From: Girardia tigrina
Taxonomy: Eukaryota
Reading direction: 5' to 3'
Assembly (NCBI GenBank): GCA_001938485.1
Contig: MQRK01244657.1
Coordinates: 53,752-106,742 of the forward strand
DNA: 52,991 nt
The position numbers were made by a program, and so were the translations under genes. Shown here in pieces: positions 13,103-26,001 of this stretch. A model generated the notes under the pieces. That model was not told the DNA's origin. It saw only the letters and a list, made by a program, of their open reading frames with translations, and did no database searches. Each line of letters starts with the position of its first letter. Position 1 is the stretch's first letter.

Positions 13103-13204
13103 TCTGTCAAATCAAACAAAAAAAGAACTATCCAAACTGTTGAATATGTACGATCCGTCTGGAAACGATTGGAGACTCCTGGCGAGAGAAATGCAAATAT
13201 TAAA
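13103..13204 (+). CDS. unc5: UNC5 exon (death domain, N-terminal half)
   Basis: Phase-2 junction gives FSLSNQTKKELSKLLNMYDPSGNDWRLLAREM, the UNC5 death-domain signature GNDWRLLA. Confidence 0.9.
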
Positions 13205-13247
13205 GTTAGAAGTTCAATTTGTAACAATATATAATTATTACTTTCAG

Positions 13248-13413
13248 AACAGACTTCTTTTTAAAAGAAAACCCAACAGACAGCTTACTTAATTTATGGC
13301 AAGCACAAAATTCTCAGAAGTCATATCTCAAAGATTTAATGATGATTTTTCAACGTCATAAAAGATTTGATTGCGTCTCCGTTCTGGAAAAATATGAAGG
13401 ATATCGACTGTGA
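13248..13413 (+). CDS. unc5: UNC5 terminal exon (death domain, C-terminal half)
   Basis: Follows a 43-nt intron; ENPTDSLLNLWQAQN...RFDCVSVLEKYEGYRL*; AATAAA at 13460-13465. Confidence 0.9.
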
Positions 13414-13839
13414 CCCTCACAATTATTCAGTTATTTAGAATTATTTAGAAATATTTTTTAATAAAACTTTTATTTTCAATGTTCATCGTCATTTAATGAT
13501 TTAATAAAGATCATAATTATAATGTAATAATAAAGTTCTTCTAAATAATTTACTGAATTATTCACAAAAAATATAAAATAAGATAATAAAAAGAAACACT
13601 GTATAAATAGTGAATTTATTTTCTTATAACATATAAAAGAATAAAAATATTTTGCAAATGTAAGAAAATCCCCCTCGGAAATTTTAATTATGATCTTAAT
13701 TACCTCTAAGATTTTTAACTGAATATTAGTTTTGCAAAGCATAGAAATTTTTCCTTCTTAAAACATTAAACATGCTGCAGATAACGAAATAGTCATATCT
13801 TTAAAAGTCGGTAATGAACAATAACCAAGTGATATTAGT

Positions 13840-14400
13840 TGCACTAAAGAAATCTTCTTAAGTGAAGTGACGATGTGGAGGCGTTATTGTATTAACCAAA
13901 ACTATATTTCAATGAACTTGCTTGAATATTTGTAAATTTCATATATCTTACGATTCACTGTATCTTAAAATTATTTGCAACTTTACAAATAACAAAAGGC
14001 ACAGCTGAACAATCTTTTTTCTACATTATGCAGAATCAAGACTTACAAGCGAAAAACGACATGAGAGCAAAGATTGAATGGCTTAGCTGTAATGAATATT
14101 CACGAAGTTTTAGACACTTTGGCGAAGTAGCCATGAAGATTTATGCTTCTGTAATTATTGCATAATTGTATGTAATTTTATTTCTCATAAAAGTTATTAA
14201 ATGTGGAATTTCGATGGTATTATAAATTTTATAATTTTAATAATAGTTAATTGTAATTTTTTAACTTTGAAAATCAAAACGCAAATACGCAAAAAATATT
14301 GCATAATATTTTATCCCCACCCCGATATATTTTTCTGTGTTAGAGCCAGGGGCGCCCGCACAGTAGGGCAAGGTCGGGCAGCTACTCGACCTTTGGAATC
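13840..14400 (+). mobile_element. hAT (Tip100/Zaphod-like) transposase 3' remnant with an adjacent hAT-type end
   Basis: TAEQSFSTLCRIKTY...EQRLNGLAVMNIH dimerisation motif at ~14000-14105; CAGGGGCGCCCGCA terminus at 14347. Confidence 0.65.
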
Positions 14401-15595
14401 CATATCCAGAAAAAACTAATGATGTAAATTAAAAGTATTACATGGATAATTTTTATTCCGTTTAGAACAATTAAAAGCAATTTTAACATTTAAATTGAGA
14501 AATTAAATAGTGAATTACATTTATTGTTTAATCAAATTAATTTGACTCAAAAGTTGATGGTGGGTTGCTTGAATTATAGATAAGTGAATAAGTTATTTTT
14601 GTAAACAATTAATCACATGCATTTAATGCAGACTTTACAGCAAAGTTTATAATTATTTGAAGTTTTATTTGAATGATGCAACATTGAAGATAAAAAACAT
14701 TCAACAACATTTCGTAATTGGTATGTAAAATAATATATTAATTAAGATAATTAGATAAATATAAATTTCAAATTTATAATAATATTTAGCATACTGTCAA
14801 TATCATAATAATATGGATTAAAGATGATGTGTCATCCCCAATCCCCATTACCTGTTCAATAACTTGTTTAGTCAATAAAACAATTATTAATATTAAACCA
14901 ATGCTTATACCACAATATCTGAATTATACTGAACATAATAGAAAAGCATAACAATAAAACATGCAATTAATCTTCCAATTTTAAAATCACTTTTTGAAGC
15001 AAATCTTACAAAAAATGTTAAAATAAACATTCATAAATCTTGACTTAAAAGAGATCTCAAAATGTCAAAAAAGCATTATAAGAAGTGTAAAATTTAAAAG
15101 TCATCAATTGCAATACGGCATCCATGTTACAAACTGCATAGTTATACAATTTATCAATTAAATTTTAAAGAGTGTAAGTTTTGTTGTAACTTTTTTTGAC
15201 TTTAGTGCAACCTTTAAGAAAAAATTTATTGTATGCTTACTAAATGTTGACATGTTGGTGATGTTGCACACTTGCTCTTATTATATATATATATATATAT
15301 TTGTTCAGATCACAATGCGTCGGAGTAACCAGCAAAATTTGAGTGATTCTTTGAATATACCACCAAAGTGTGACAATTTTGATGAGCAATGCGCCAATTT
15401 GTCACACCCTCCAATGCCTCCACTTCCTTCTACAACTGCTCAAGAAGTATGCGGATCTGCTATATCAAAAACAACAAGGAACATTGGTCCTGATTATGTC
15501 ATTCGTACCAGCTCCGATTCTCAGGAGGTGGAACGGAAATAATTTTTTGGCCGAACATTTTGACAGTTTTTAAATTTTAAAGAACTAAATTAAAT

Positions 15596-15626
<31 letters not shown>

Positions 15627-16429
15627 TGCCATAAATCCTACAACAATATAATTGTATTAAAAATAAGTATAATAATAATAAGTTACTTACAGGTTGAGCG
15701 CATCCTTCTGTACACGCAACCAACCTGATGACGTCGCGGCAGAATTAACCGGCGGGCTCGGGCCGAGTTCGGGATTCGAACATTTTAATTATTATATTTT
15801 TGTTTTTAAATTAAATTATTATCATTATTATATGTTCGTTTTAAATTGGTTTCAAATCAAATCAAATAAAAACAATTTCACATCAAATATCAAAAAGAAA
15901 ATCCAATCAAATTGAAATGGAAAATTAATTCATTAATTTTTGTCATTTTGAAAATTATTCGATGAAAATTGAACAATTTAAATTAATATTTTGAATATTT
16001 AGTTATTGATATTTGATAGTGTGAAATGACCTTGAGTTTTGTTTTGCGGAAATAAATTGACGAACTTGTAAAAACGATAGTGATTTTTGATTGATGAAAA
16101 TAAATTCGATACGTGACTGAATATCGTTTTGAATTGATTAAAGAGTGAATTTCTTTTCTGGATGCTGAATTATGCTAATCGCGATGTTAAAAAAAGACCA
16201 TAAATATTAAAATTACAAAAACATTGAATGATACGATTTTTGATGCGCCGCCTCTTCTCGTCGATATTATCAAACTCGAATCGATTTTAGATCTAAATTT
16301 GAATAGAAATAATCAAATAATCGGCGCAGTGTTTCTGTGTGATCGGCGAATAGAGAATTGTTCCAATAAGATTGGTTTTTACAAAGCGAAATGTGAATCA
16401 ATCAATTCGAAAATCGATACTGAAATGGT

Positions 16430-17103
16430 TAAAGTATTCTGTGAAAGATTCGAAAGATTTAATGACAAATTGAATTCGATAAGCGTTAATTTTCAAACGC
16501 TTCATCCATTCAAACCGTCATCGACTAAATGCACGAAAAACATCCGATATAATGCAATCGATTTTCGGGCCGGATTACTGGCGTCGATCGCCGGCAACAA
16601 TGTGGATTTCTGCATTGTCTCCTCGTGCGAGAGAGCGAGTATTGAATCGATCGACTTGAGGGACGGGCTCGTGAGTGTCGATCCGATTTTCTCTTTCAAA
16701 TTCCGGTTGAGTGTCACCTGGATCGAGTTCAGTTGCGGTGGATCGATTCTGCTGGTCGCCTTGGTGACCGATGATGGTCGATTGGCGACTGTCGGGTTGT
16801 TCCGTGTCGAGAGATCATTGCTGAAGAGTGGAGAATCGAATTTTTGTGAATATAAACTGAATACCGAGAGCCAGTTGGTTGATTTGCGGTGGCATCCAAA
16901 TGAGAAAGAGTCGTTTTTAGTGGTTTAGAACAATACGGTCTCGCTGTGTTGTGTGAAAGAAAACAAAATCGATATTATAAATCAGAAATCGAATGCTTTT
17001 TGTGTATCCTGGAGTCCGAAGTGATTTGTCATTAATCAGTACGACAATTTGATGAATGAAAAGCGTTCGAGTGCGATCAAAGACATTATCGACTCTCTCA
17101 GAG
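16430..17103 (+). pseudogene. Nup214 (CAN/Nup159) N-terminal beta-propeller fragment
   Basis: IEFSCGGSILLVA...FCEYKL...LVDLRWHP...AFCVSWSPK...INQYDNLMNEKR parallels NUP214 motifs; in-frame TAG at 16926 and TGA at 17022; GKQLAVG segment missing. Confidence 0.7.
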
Positions 17104-17643
17104 TATATATATTGACCCAGATGCTCCCTTCTTCCGGAAAAGTTGGAAACAGACCGCGTGTGTGGTTAAAAATATAAATACGCGCACAAAACACACACTT
17201 TTTTATACGATTTCATCGGACGAAATTTTCTACCGCCACTTACTTTGACACACATTTTATTCGTTTTTATTAACCAGTCGTCACTTTTCATAACCCAATC
17301 TTTAACTCTTAATTTACTTGATTGGAAATAATTGTAAGGTACGGTTTATTTCATGTATAGTTTATCTTATGTGGTTATTTTATAATTATTTTATAATTTT
17401 ATGATATTGTTATTTTGATAATTTAAATAAATATTATTCAATAATTTGCTTGTTATATCTATTTGTTTGTTTAAATAATTAGATTTCGAGAAATACCACT
17501 AGGAAGTTAATTTAGTAGTCCATTTTTAGAGTATAAACCTTATCGATGGTTTAGTCAACCTTTCTTAACAACGTATTCGCTTTATATGTAACTTCATGTT
17601 GGAGTTTATGTAGAGTTTATGAGTTTATATTCGATACTAATCT

Positions 17644-17680
<37 letters not shown>

Positions 17681-19865
17681 GGGATACTCATAAGCGTAAT
17701 TAGGACAAGGCCTAATAGCAAAGCCCGATCTACGTATCCCGGTCCGTGGTGCAGGGATTCAGAGGGATGTCCCTTAGGCCACGAGGTCTAGTCTCATGCC
17801 CACCTCATGTAGAATAATAGTCACAGAGGTTCAATCGTATTATAATTAGATGAACAGCGTTAAGTGTAATTCGATCATCATTTCAGTTTAAATTTTTAAG
17901 CTCTCAATTTATTATCTGATTTAGTTATTTGTAACGGCTAACTTATAACATATTGATTGGTAATTTAACGATTGAATCCTAAGCTTTAATTAATTATTTG
18001 ATAATTGTATTTAATTCTGATTTGCTTATTTATTTTCATTTTATATTTTGCTGCTTGCTTAGATTAGATTTCAACAAATCATGATTTATAATTCAATAAT
18101 TTAGTAATTTCTAACTCAGTAACTTAATAATTTGTAATTTCGTTCTTCATTATTTATTTTTCCAACAATTTTAAATTTAATTTAAATTTTAAGAACTTAC
18201 AATCCAGGTTTTAATAACGTATGATATTCAAATAATAATGTAACAATTTATAATTTAGTTTTATATTCAACTTAACCATTTATTAATTTTAAGCTTGTTT
18301 ATATGTAATTTATAATTCAATAACTGACAGATTAGTTGAGTACTTTACGATCTAATCGTTTATGATCAATAATTCATGGTTAAGTGATTTATGAATGTAT
18401 GATTTGTAAGATGGTAAATCAAGAGCTTAGAGTAATATGTGATTAATCACTTAATAGAATATAGTTTTATAACGGCGAAATTAATATTTATGACTTGGGA
18501 AATATAAACTTATGATTTTTAAATAAACGAGGTGATAATTCTTCATTGATTTAATCTTTCCGGACTATTTAATTTGTAATTTAAGAGGGTGTGGATTAAT
18601 GATAATACATTGGGAGCCCTCAATAACGATTTAATATCTTAGAAGGACGCAAGGTTGGCGAGTAACAGCAAAAAAAATAATCGTCAGAGTGTAAATAGTA
18701 CATAGTAAGTCTTGTAAATAAATCTGCTGAGAAAAGTCATTATCGAGCGCAGTGCTGAGATGACTCAACGAAATACCTGACTCGTCCATCGCATCTCTAA
18801 TGCGTACTATAGAGCGCATAGGTAACAACATTAGGAGGTCAGGATGTTCTGAGTCGTTTGAAGTCAGTAGCGTCCTATTTACCCACTTAGTTGATGTAGT
18901 CTTATGAGACGTTCAGAGTGATGAGAGCTTGCAGCAGAAGGGTTAGTCGATGGAGTATCTGCAAGTAAAAATTGACAGTAAGGTTGAAATTAAAATGTAA
19001 ATCTATGTCGTTTCCTTGGGAATAATAGCGAGTCATTAATGATAAAATATTTAAACCATAATTTTAATTTGCATGAAGTTTTGATAGGTCCCTAACAGTC
19101 GTTACACAAGCCTTACTGAATCTAATTATAAACTCAGTCGAGGTCTTATGCTATTGATTGATAAATGTGCGGCTATATTCTGCATATATTTCGAGAAAGA
19201 ATTAAAAACAAATCCTGTGTGTGAAAAACGGAAGAACCTTTTGGAGGTGACGCGGGTCGTTCCACAGAATGCACAGGCAGGCGGGCGATCGTAGTCTACT
19301 TACTCAGGGCTCTCTTCGTTCAGAAGCATGTTTTTTTTATATTTTGTGAAGCATGATAATGTAATCGTAAAATAAGCCATATTCAAACATATCAACCCTT
19401 CCAGATACTGAGGCTACTGGTCGGGCAATACTCGTCACCGGTCTGAACCCGAAGGCGCTCCGAAACGCGCAAAACTCGTTGATGTGCGTAGAGTAGACGC
19501 GTCCATTCGCCCTAAATTAGAGGTTATGGAACACCATGAGTTGTAGTTTAACTCAGAAAGCGACTAGGGGCTCGAGCCTGCAGAAATGTTGCAAAATAAA
19601 GGGAACGCGACACCGACCATCAACTATTTTCATCCAATTTGTCCTTTGTTCAGTCAAACATTAAAAAAAGTTCTTTTCTTAAACGAAAATTATTTTAGAT
19701 TAAGTATTTTCCTTTTATTCAAATACGATTCTTTCGAAAAAAAACTTTGTCTCCTTCAAGTTCATCTTTATTGACAAAATATATTCTAACTTTTTGGACA
19801 ACATAGCGACTCATTTATTGTTTCAAAATTATGATTCGGGATACCTGTTCATGAGAAATTTAGAG

Positions 19866-20170
19866 CAGTGGTGGGATTCAAATAATTTAAGAACCGGTTC
19901 GGTATGATGACTAAAAAATCAAAGGAAAATCTAAATTACCAACATTTACGTAACAAATAACAATAATATCAGATTAGACCATTTCGTAACATTACTAATA
20001 ATAGTTCAGTACATTAATTAATTAAAAAAATGCATAATTTTTGTTTACAATAAATTATGTTTGTAGGTTATTTTGAAATTTAAACTTGTTAGTAATCCGT
20101 TCGCCGAACTCAAAAAAATTTAAGAACCGGATCTACCAAACCGGTGTAAACCGACTGAATCAAACCATTT
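19866..20170. mobile_element. hAT-type MITE (degenerate)
   Basis: CAGTGGTGGGATTCA left end, GAACCGG subterminal repeats, eroded right end TGAATCAAACCAT. Confidence 0.55.
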
Positions 20171-20229
20171 GAGGTAGATTACCACAAATATATTGTAATT
20201 TAAATTACATTATTCGTTCTCCATCTAAG

Positions 20230-20760
20230 AAATATTCACTTTTTATATATAAAAATAATCTGGTATATAAATTTAATTGTCACGGGTGTCAAAACTCGTA
20301 CATCGGAGAGACAAATCGTCATCTCAAAACTCGAATTAGCGAGCACTCGTAAATGAGTAGATCGAGTAAGGTTCTTGATCATTGGTTATGTTGTAAGGAT
20401 AGAACCTCATCCATTTCAAAAGATGAGTTTTCTGTTTTACAAAAGGGTTTTGATTCACCTTACGAACGACAGTTTTGTGAATCTCTACTAATAAGACACT
20501 ACAACCCATCAATCAACATTCAGAATGGGTAAAGTAAAGTTATTTCAATACTTAAAATTTTTAATTAAAATATTTTTTGCCATTATTACCCAATAATATT
20601 TTCATAAATAAAAATATAAAATCCTTAATATACCTTTTAAAGTAGATGTATCTATTAAAATTGTGTTATTTAAACAATTCAATATTCATATACTAAACAT
20701 CCAAAAATTGCTGATGATGATGTATGTAAACATCGAAACATGTCCAATAGTTGTATAAAA
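20230..20760 (+). mobile_element. Penelope-like element 3' part (GIY-YIG endonuclease and pLTR)
   Basis: NLVYKFNCHGCQNSYIGETNRHLKTRISEH...DHWLCC...FSVL...FCESLLIRHYNPSINIQ with one internal stop. Confidence 0.85.
20707..20748 (+). ncRNA. minimal type I hammerhead ribozyme
   Basis: ATTG-CTGATGA-T-GATGT..ACATC-GAAA-CATG-TC-CAAT: stems I and II pair, palindromic stem III, GUC cleavage triplet ending at 20744. Confidence 0.75.
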
Positions 20761-21441
20761 AAAGCTTTAATCAAATTATATTTTAGAAATGTAAATATGA
20801 AGATATATAAATTTTAATATAGATAATTATTAACACCTGATTATCGAGTTTCATATGTTTTGTCACTCCAGATTTATTAAAAAACTGATCATCAAAATAT
20901 TGCTACCCATTTTAAATTTGAATAGCCTTTCCTTATATAAATCGAAACTCTACAACTCTAATAAGCTTTCTTATGTTCCCTGTCTTCTTAAAACCAAAAC
21001 GCGTAATAAATGAATTTCCCAATCTCTGTATTTTTCGTGGATGTTGCTGTTAAAAATATATTTGTTCTTTAAGAAAGTTAGCTTAACAGGTTTTCTTTAA
21101 CCACGTTTCTCTTTTAATTTTATAATATTTATAATATAGTTGAATTATTTACAATATTTCTAATTAAATCATTATTTTAATTATTTAATAAAATCTTAAC
21201 TTCTGAAAATAAAACAATAAAAACTGTGATATTTGTGTCTGTAGAGGTTCGAGAACCAAAAGCCCTCATCGCTTATCACTGATAAGTTATCAGCCCCTGT
21301 AGATGAAAGAGATGTGAAAAGTACAATATGAAAAGATATAGATCAATTGAAGCGACAATCAACATTTCGTAATTATTCAACATAATTTTCCTCGAAATAG
21401 TCTGCTAATGACATTCCTTTGTTCAATTGGTTGTTTATTCC

Positions 21442-21570
21442 ACAACAAAACATTATGTAATACTGAAAGGTAGGGCCGGCCCTAACAATTGCGAGACCCT
21501 ATGCGAATTTAAAATTAAACAAATTGTTAGCGCCAGCCCTGCATTTTAGTATTACTGAATGTTTTGTTGT
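21442..21570. repeat. fold-back inverted repeat containing a hAT-like end
   Basis: ~50-bp imperfect arms ACAACAAAACATT...AGGGCCGGCCCTAACAATT / AATTGTTAGCGCCAGCCCTG...AATGTTTTGTTGT. Confidence 0.7.
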
Positions 21571-22292
21571 ATATCTCTAAAATGATATAAAAAATGTAAG
21601 AATTTTAATAATTATATATATTCAAAAAATATACATTTGTTTAAATAAACCTTTCAAATTATCGTTGTTTGTTGTTTTTCTTTCAATCATTTTAGCGCAA
21701 CAAAATTATATCCGTCAAATTTTCATTACAATTTTACAGTGGTGATTCTTTTCGCAAACGTTCGACTTTATCTATTAACAACAGGAGATTCTCAACATAT
21801 CAATTTTTAACGCGACGAAAATCATCGACGAAAAATGTCTGATCGAGTGTTTTGGAATGGCGTATTTCCACGCAGTAATCACTTGAGATCACTTCGTCCT
21901 ATTCCACCACCGGTCAAACGTCAGATTAACTCTACCAGAGAGGCTTCAATCAACACAATCCTGATGGGTCAATTCGGTGCACAGTTCCTACATGTTTTCA
22001 TATTATCACGTCTTTGAAATCCATAGTTTTGACATAGCTAGATGACAATTAGATTAAAACAAACATAACCTACATGATGAAGGGAACAAAATTCAAGAAT
22101 TTATTACAAGTGGTTTTATAATAAAACCATAGACATCGATGACAAAGTTGAAGATCAGTTAACTCACAATATACTAACTGATAACACTTCAGATAGTAAT
22201 AACGAAAGGGAATTACCAATTGATGGTGCAAGAGCGGGTGCAGCGGTTTTGTGGCTGCGGCGCGCCGTCTCTTGCACCATCATTTCTGGTAG

Positions 22293-22620
<328 letters not shown>

Positions 22621-24025
22621 GGAGTTCATTGATATCATTCACACCGCTAATCTTCACATCCAACATTACAAATTCAAAAATTGCAAAGTCAAATAGCAAT
22701 TACGACTTTTCGATTCCACAAAAATATTTTTTCAATAAAAATTCTCTCGCATATCTCTTTACAACAATCGATTTTTAAAAAAAAATTATGGCGACTTTCA
22801 CTTTTTATTATCATAACCTTCGCGTCGATAAAAAGTAAATTAATACATTTAAACAAAACAAAACAGTTAACTTAATTAGATAAAATTTGAATGTTGGTGA
22901 AATAGTTTTGATTTACACACTAGAAACAGAGAGGTATTTTTGAAAAACAGACACTATTTTCAAATTCAATCGATTCGTAAATAATTTCGATGGTTCATTA
23001 CCGATAATCGATAAACATTTCAGACAACCGAAATTACATTTGAGATTTTTCAAAATAAACGAACCAGTTCTTCATTAGCATTTCAAAGATCGTCTGATTA
23101 CGGAATTTGATACGACAGAACTCATTGATTTGGGGATCAGTTTCAATGAATTCATATAAAACGTAATTGATTTCCAAAAAAATTCCAAAAGATTGACAAT
23201 TGTTTATTTGTTAAATTGAACGAATCTTTCATTTAAATTTTTTTACAAGCATGGTTTTGATTTATTTGAATAATTTTGAAACGATTTCAAAGACTTTCTG
23301 AAACAACTTTTACATTTCTTATAATAATCATCGCAAACGGATTTCTTTGATTTTATCGCGAAACACCAATAGCTCCAGAGATAAATATTCTACGAAACGA
23401 TCAAAGCACGTACAGAAGCTACCGAAATATCTAGATGAATGTGCAGTTTAATCTTGAGATCATGAGGGAGTGTAATTAAGTATTTCGTATCATAATTTTT
23501 AAAAATCTTACTATTAAATTGTAACAAGAATTGTTTATATCTTTTAAAAAAGGGGTTGTAAGGATGAATAAATATAAACAATCTTTTTTATATTACAATA
23601 GCTGATATTTATACTGAAATATTTTCATAAAATCTTGTAAAGTTTGTTTAAATAATGTCATCATTATTAATAAATTATTAACCATGACTTTACTTCTTAT
23701 AAAACAATTTAAAGGGAAAATATATTAACTATTTTCAAATATTAATTTATTTTAAATAATTATTACGATTATGTTACTGAATACTCCCATATTCAAATTA
23801 AACAAATATTTCTTTTAAAATAAAACTATTAAAACGAAGCATTTGTAAATTATTTTTCAATAATTAATTTATTTAAAATATTTAATACTGTTATATTAAC
23901 TATTATAAGATTATGTTATTTAATTTAAATTAAAAAAACAATTTCCATATAAAATTAAACAACGTTTGTTTTAATATTCATAAATTTCCAACATTATTTA
24001 AAAAACATAAATCAAAAATCAATAA

Positions 24026-24163
24026 ATGAATGAAGTTCACATTAACAAATCCGATATCGCATTTTTGAAATTTTCCTTTCTCGAAAATTCCTCTTCAGTC
24101 AATGTATCGTCATCCCAAGAAGGATATCTGGCGATAAGACAGTCGGATTCACTTGTGATCGGT
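24026..24163 (+). CDS. GTF3C4: GTF3C4 (TFIIIC90/Tfc8) exon 1
   Basis: ATG at 24026; VSSSQEGYLAIRQSDSLVIG resembles the WS.DG.LAV motif; gtgagt donor. Confidence 0.65.
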
Positions 24164-24232
24164 GTGAGTGACACACTAATATTATAACAACAAAATTTTC
24201 CTATTGATTTTTTTAACCGCAATGAATTCCAG

Positions 24233-24374
24233 ACGATCAATCATTATGGATTCAGTGACCATAGTATTTCTCACTTGACTCCGGCAATCGTCGATCTACA
24301 AACGCCAAGCGATAATTCGATAATTCGAGTCGTTTATCGATCGACTAAAAACGATGAAAGAAGTGAAATAATCG
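24233..24374 (+). CDS. GTF3C4: GTF3C4 exon 2 (donor may instead be at 24362)
   Basis: ttccag acceptor; open in phase 0; short phase-1 intron to 24421. Confidence 0.6.
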
Positions 24375-24421
24375 GTTCGCATTTTCCCACACGAAATTGC
24401 ATTGATAAAATTGATATTTAG

Positions 24422-24536
24422 AAATGAATATCGATCGATTAATGACGTCTTATAACACAATTAGCGCAATCAACGCGAATTTATCGGTAGACAATCTCCA
24501 AATCGAATGGAGTCCTTTCGATCAGTCGAGTAACAA
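24422..24536 (+). CDS. GTF3C4: GTF3C4 exon 3
   Basis: LQIEWSPFDQSSN carries the TFIIIC-delta WSP motif; phase 2 joins in frame to 29391. Confidence 0.75.
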
Positions 24537-25084
24537 GTTCGTCTTTGATGTCTAAAGAAATCGATGTGATTGGTTGTCGATCTCCATCGGTTTGAGAGAG
24601 TAAATGCATGGAACAATAACATAAACCGTTTATTTAAGAGACATTTAAGTTGGTTAAATGTCTCTTTGGTTTCGGTTTTATTTGAACTCAGATTCTGCAA
24701 TTTTTTCAATAATTTAATAGAATATTTTAATTCATTTCTAGAAACATTCTCGCATCGAATAATAACCGATGAGAAATGAATATCGATTCGGTCGTGCGCC
24801 TGCGCCACTTTGAGAGCATAAATTAATGGGAAAATTTATTTTTTTACAATTCGTTTTTGGTAAAACATCTTCGATTAATTCGCATATTTTTTTAATAATT
24901 AAAAAAAATATTTAATTTAATTAAAAAATCTTTTTTTAATTTTTTTTCAATTTAAATTCGATATATTTTTTTAATTGTTCGATAAATCGATTTAATTCAT
25001 TTCTAAAAATATCATTTTATTTATTCTAATTATTTATTAATTTTATTTATTGATTCTACAAATTAAATAATTCAGAGAAAATTG

Positions 25085-25810
25085 GGCGGAACGAATGTTA
25101 CACTGCCCCCATATATTATGCAATCTGTATAGATTATATAATTTCGTTTCGAATTAGAGGAATAACTGGCGGAATGGATGAATAAAATTGTTAATTAACT
25201 AATAAAAATGAAATAATTAATTATTAATTGATTGAAATTCAATCAAATTTAATTTAATTAAATTATTTATTTAATAAAATAAATAATAAATTAAATAATT
25301 TATTCATTCAATAAATAATTTATTCTTTACTTTATTTACTTTTTATTCATTTATGTAATAATTGATTTATTGATTCACTAATTTATTTATTCAATAAATT
25401 TAATTAATTAAAATAAATTAAATTAATTATTAATTTATTAAATAAATTAATTAAATAAATAATTAATCTTAAATAATAAATTAATTATTAAATTAAATTG
25501 ATAAAAAAATAATTAATTAAAATAATTAATTAATTAAAATTTATTTATTCAATTAATTAAATTAATTAATTATTATTAATTTATTAAATAAAGTAATTAA
25601 ATAAATAATTAATCTTAAATAATAAATTAATTATTAAATTAAATTGATAAAAAAATAATTAATTAATTAAAATTTATTTATTCAATTAATTAAATTAATT
25701 AATTATTATTAATTTATTAAATAAAGTAATTAAATAAATAATTAATCTTAAAGAATATATAAATCTTCACAGATTACATAATATATGGGGGACAGTATAA
25801 CAGTCGTACT
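25085..25810. mobile_element. TIR element (possibly MULE- or hAT-type MITE) filled with an AT tandem repeat
   Basis: ~38-bp inverted ends ACGAATGTTACACTGCCCCCATATATTATGCAATCTGT; GAAAATTG flanks both sides; internal almost pure A/T tandem units. Confidence 0.6.
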
Positions 25811-26001
25811 GAAAATTGATTTTTTTATTCGAGGAAAATCGTATTTTCAGATTGTGCGAAGTGTTTGTGGCATCGATTAATTAAACATCATTTTTTTTAT
25901 AATAATTTCCTAATGAAGCACACTGATCACCTCTCCTTGTGATCGTGCGTCCTCGTTTCCCTGTTCGTCTCCGGATCTTCTTTTACCTCTAGAATAATCT
26001 C

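Noticed and set aside
16926-17024. Stop-codon reassignment suggested by frame-preserving TAG/TGA
   Set aside because: Both host genes have long stop-free exons and end on normal TGA/TAA; pseudogenisation is simpler
17161-17500. Possible solo LTR (TGTGGT...ACCAC)
   Set aside because: No CA end and no TSD
19435-19475. CTGAA...GAAACGCG hammerhead-like motif
   Set aside because: Core lacks CUGANGA and a proper NUH and stem I
21740-22017. Possible GPCR TM5-TM6 exon fragment
   Set aside because: Only a vague hydrophobic pattern, with an internal stop; not supportable
24037-24808. Minus-strand ORFs of 67 and 112 aa
   Set aside because: They overlap GTF3C4 exons 1-3 antisense and show no recognisable motif; the + strand explains most of the coding-like composition
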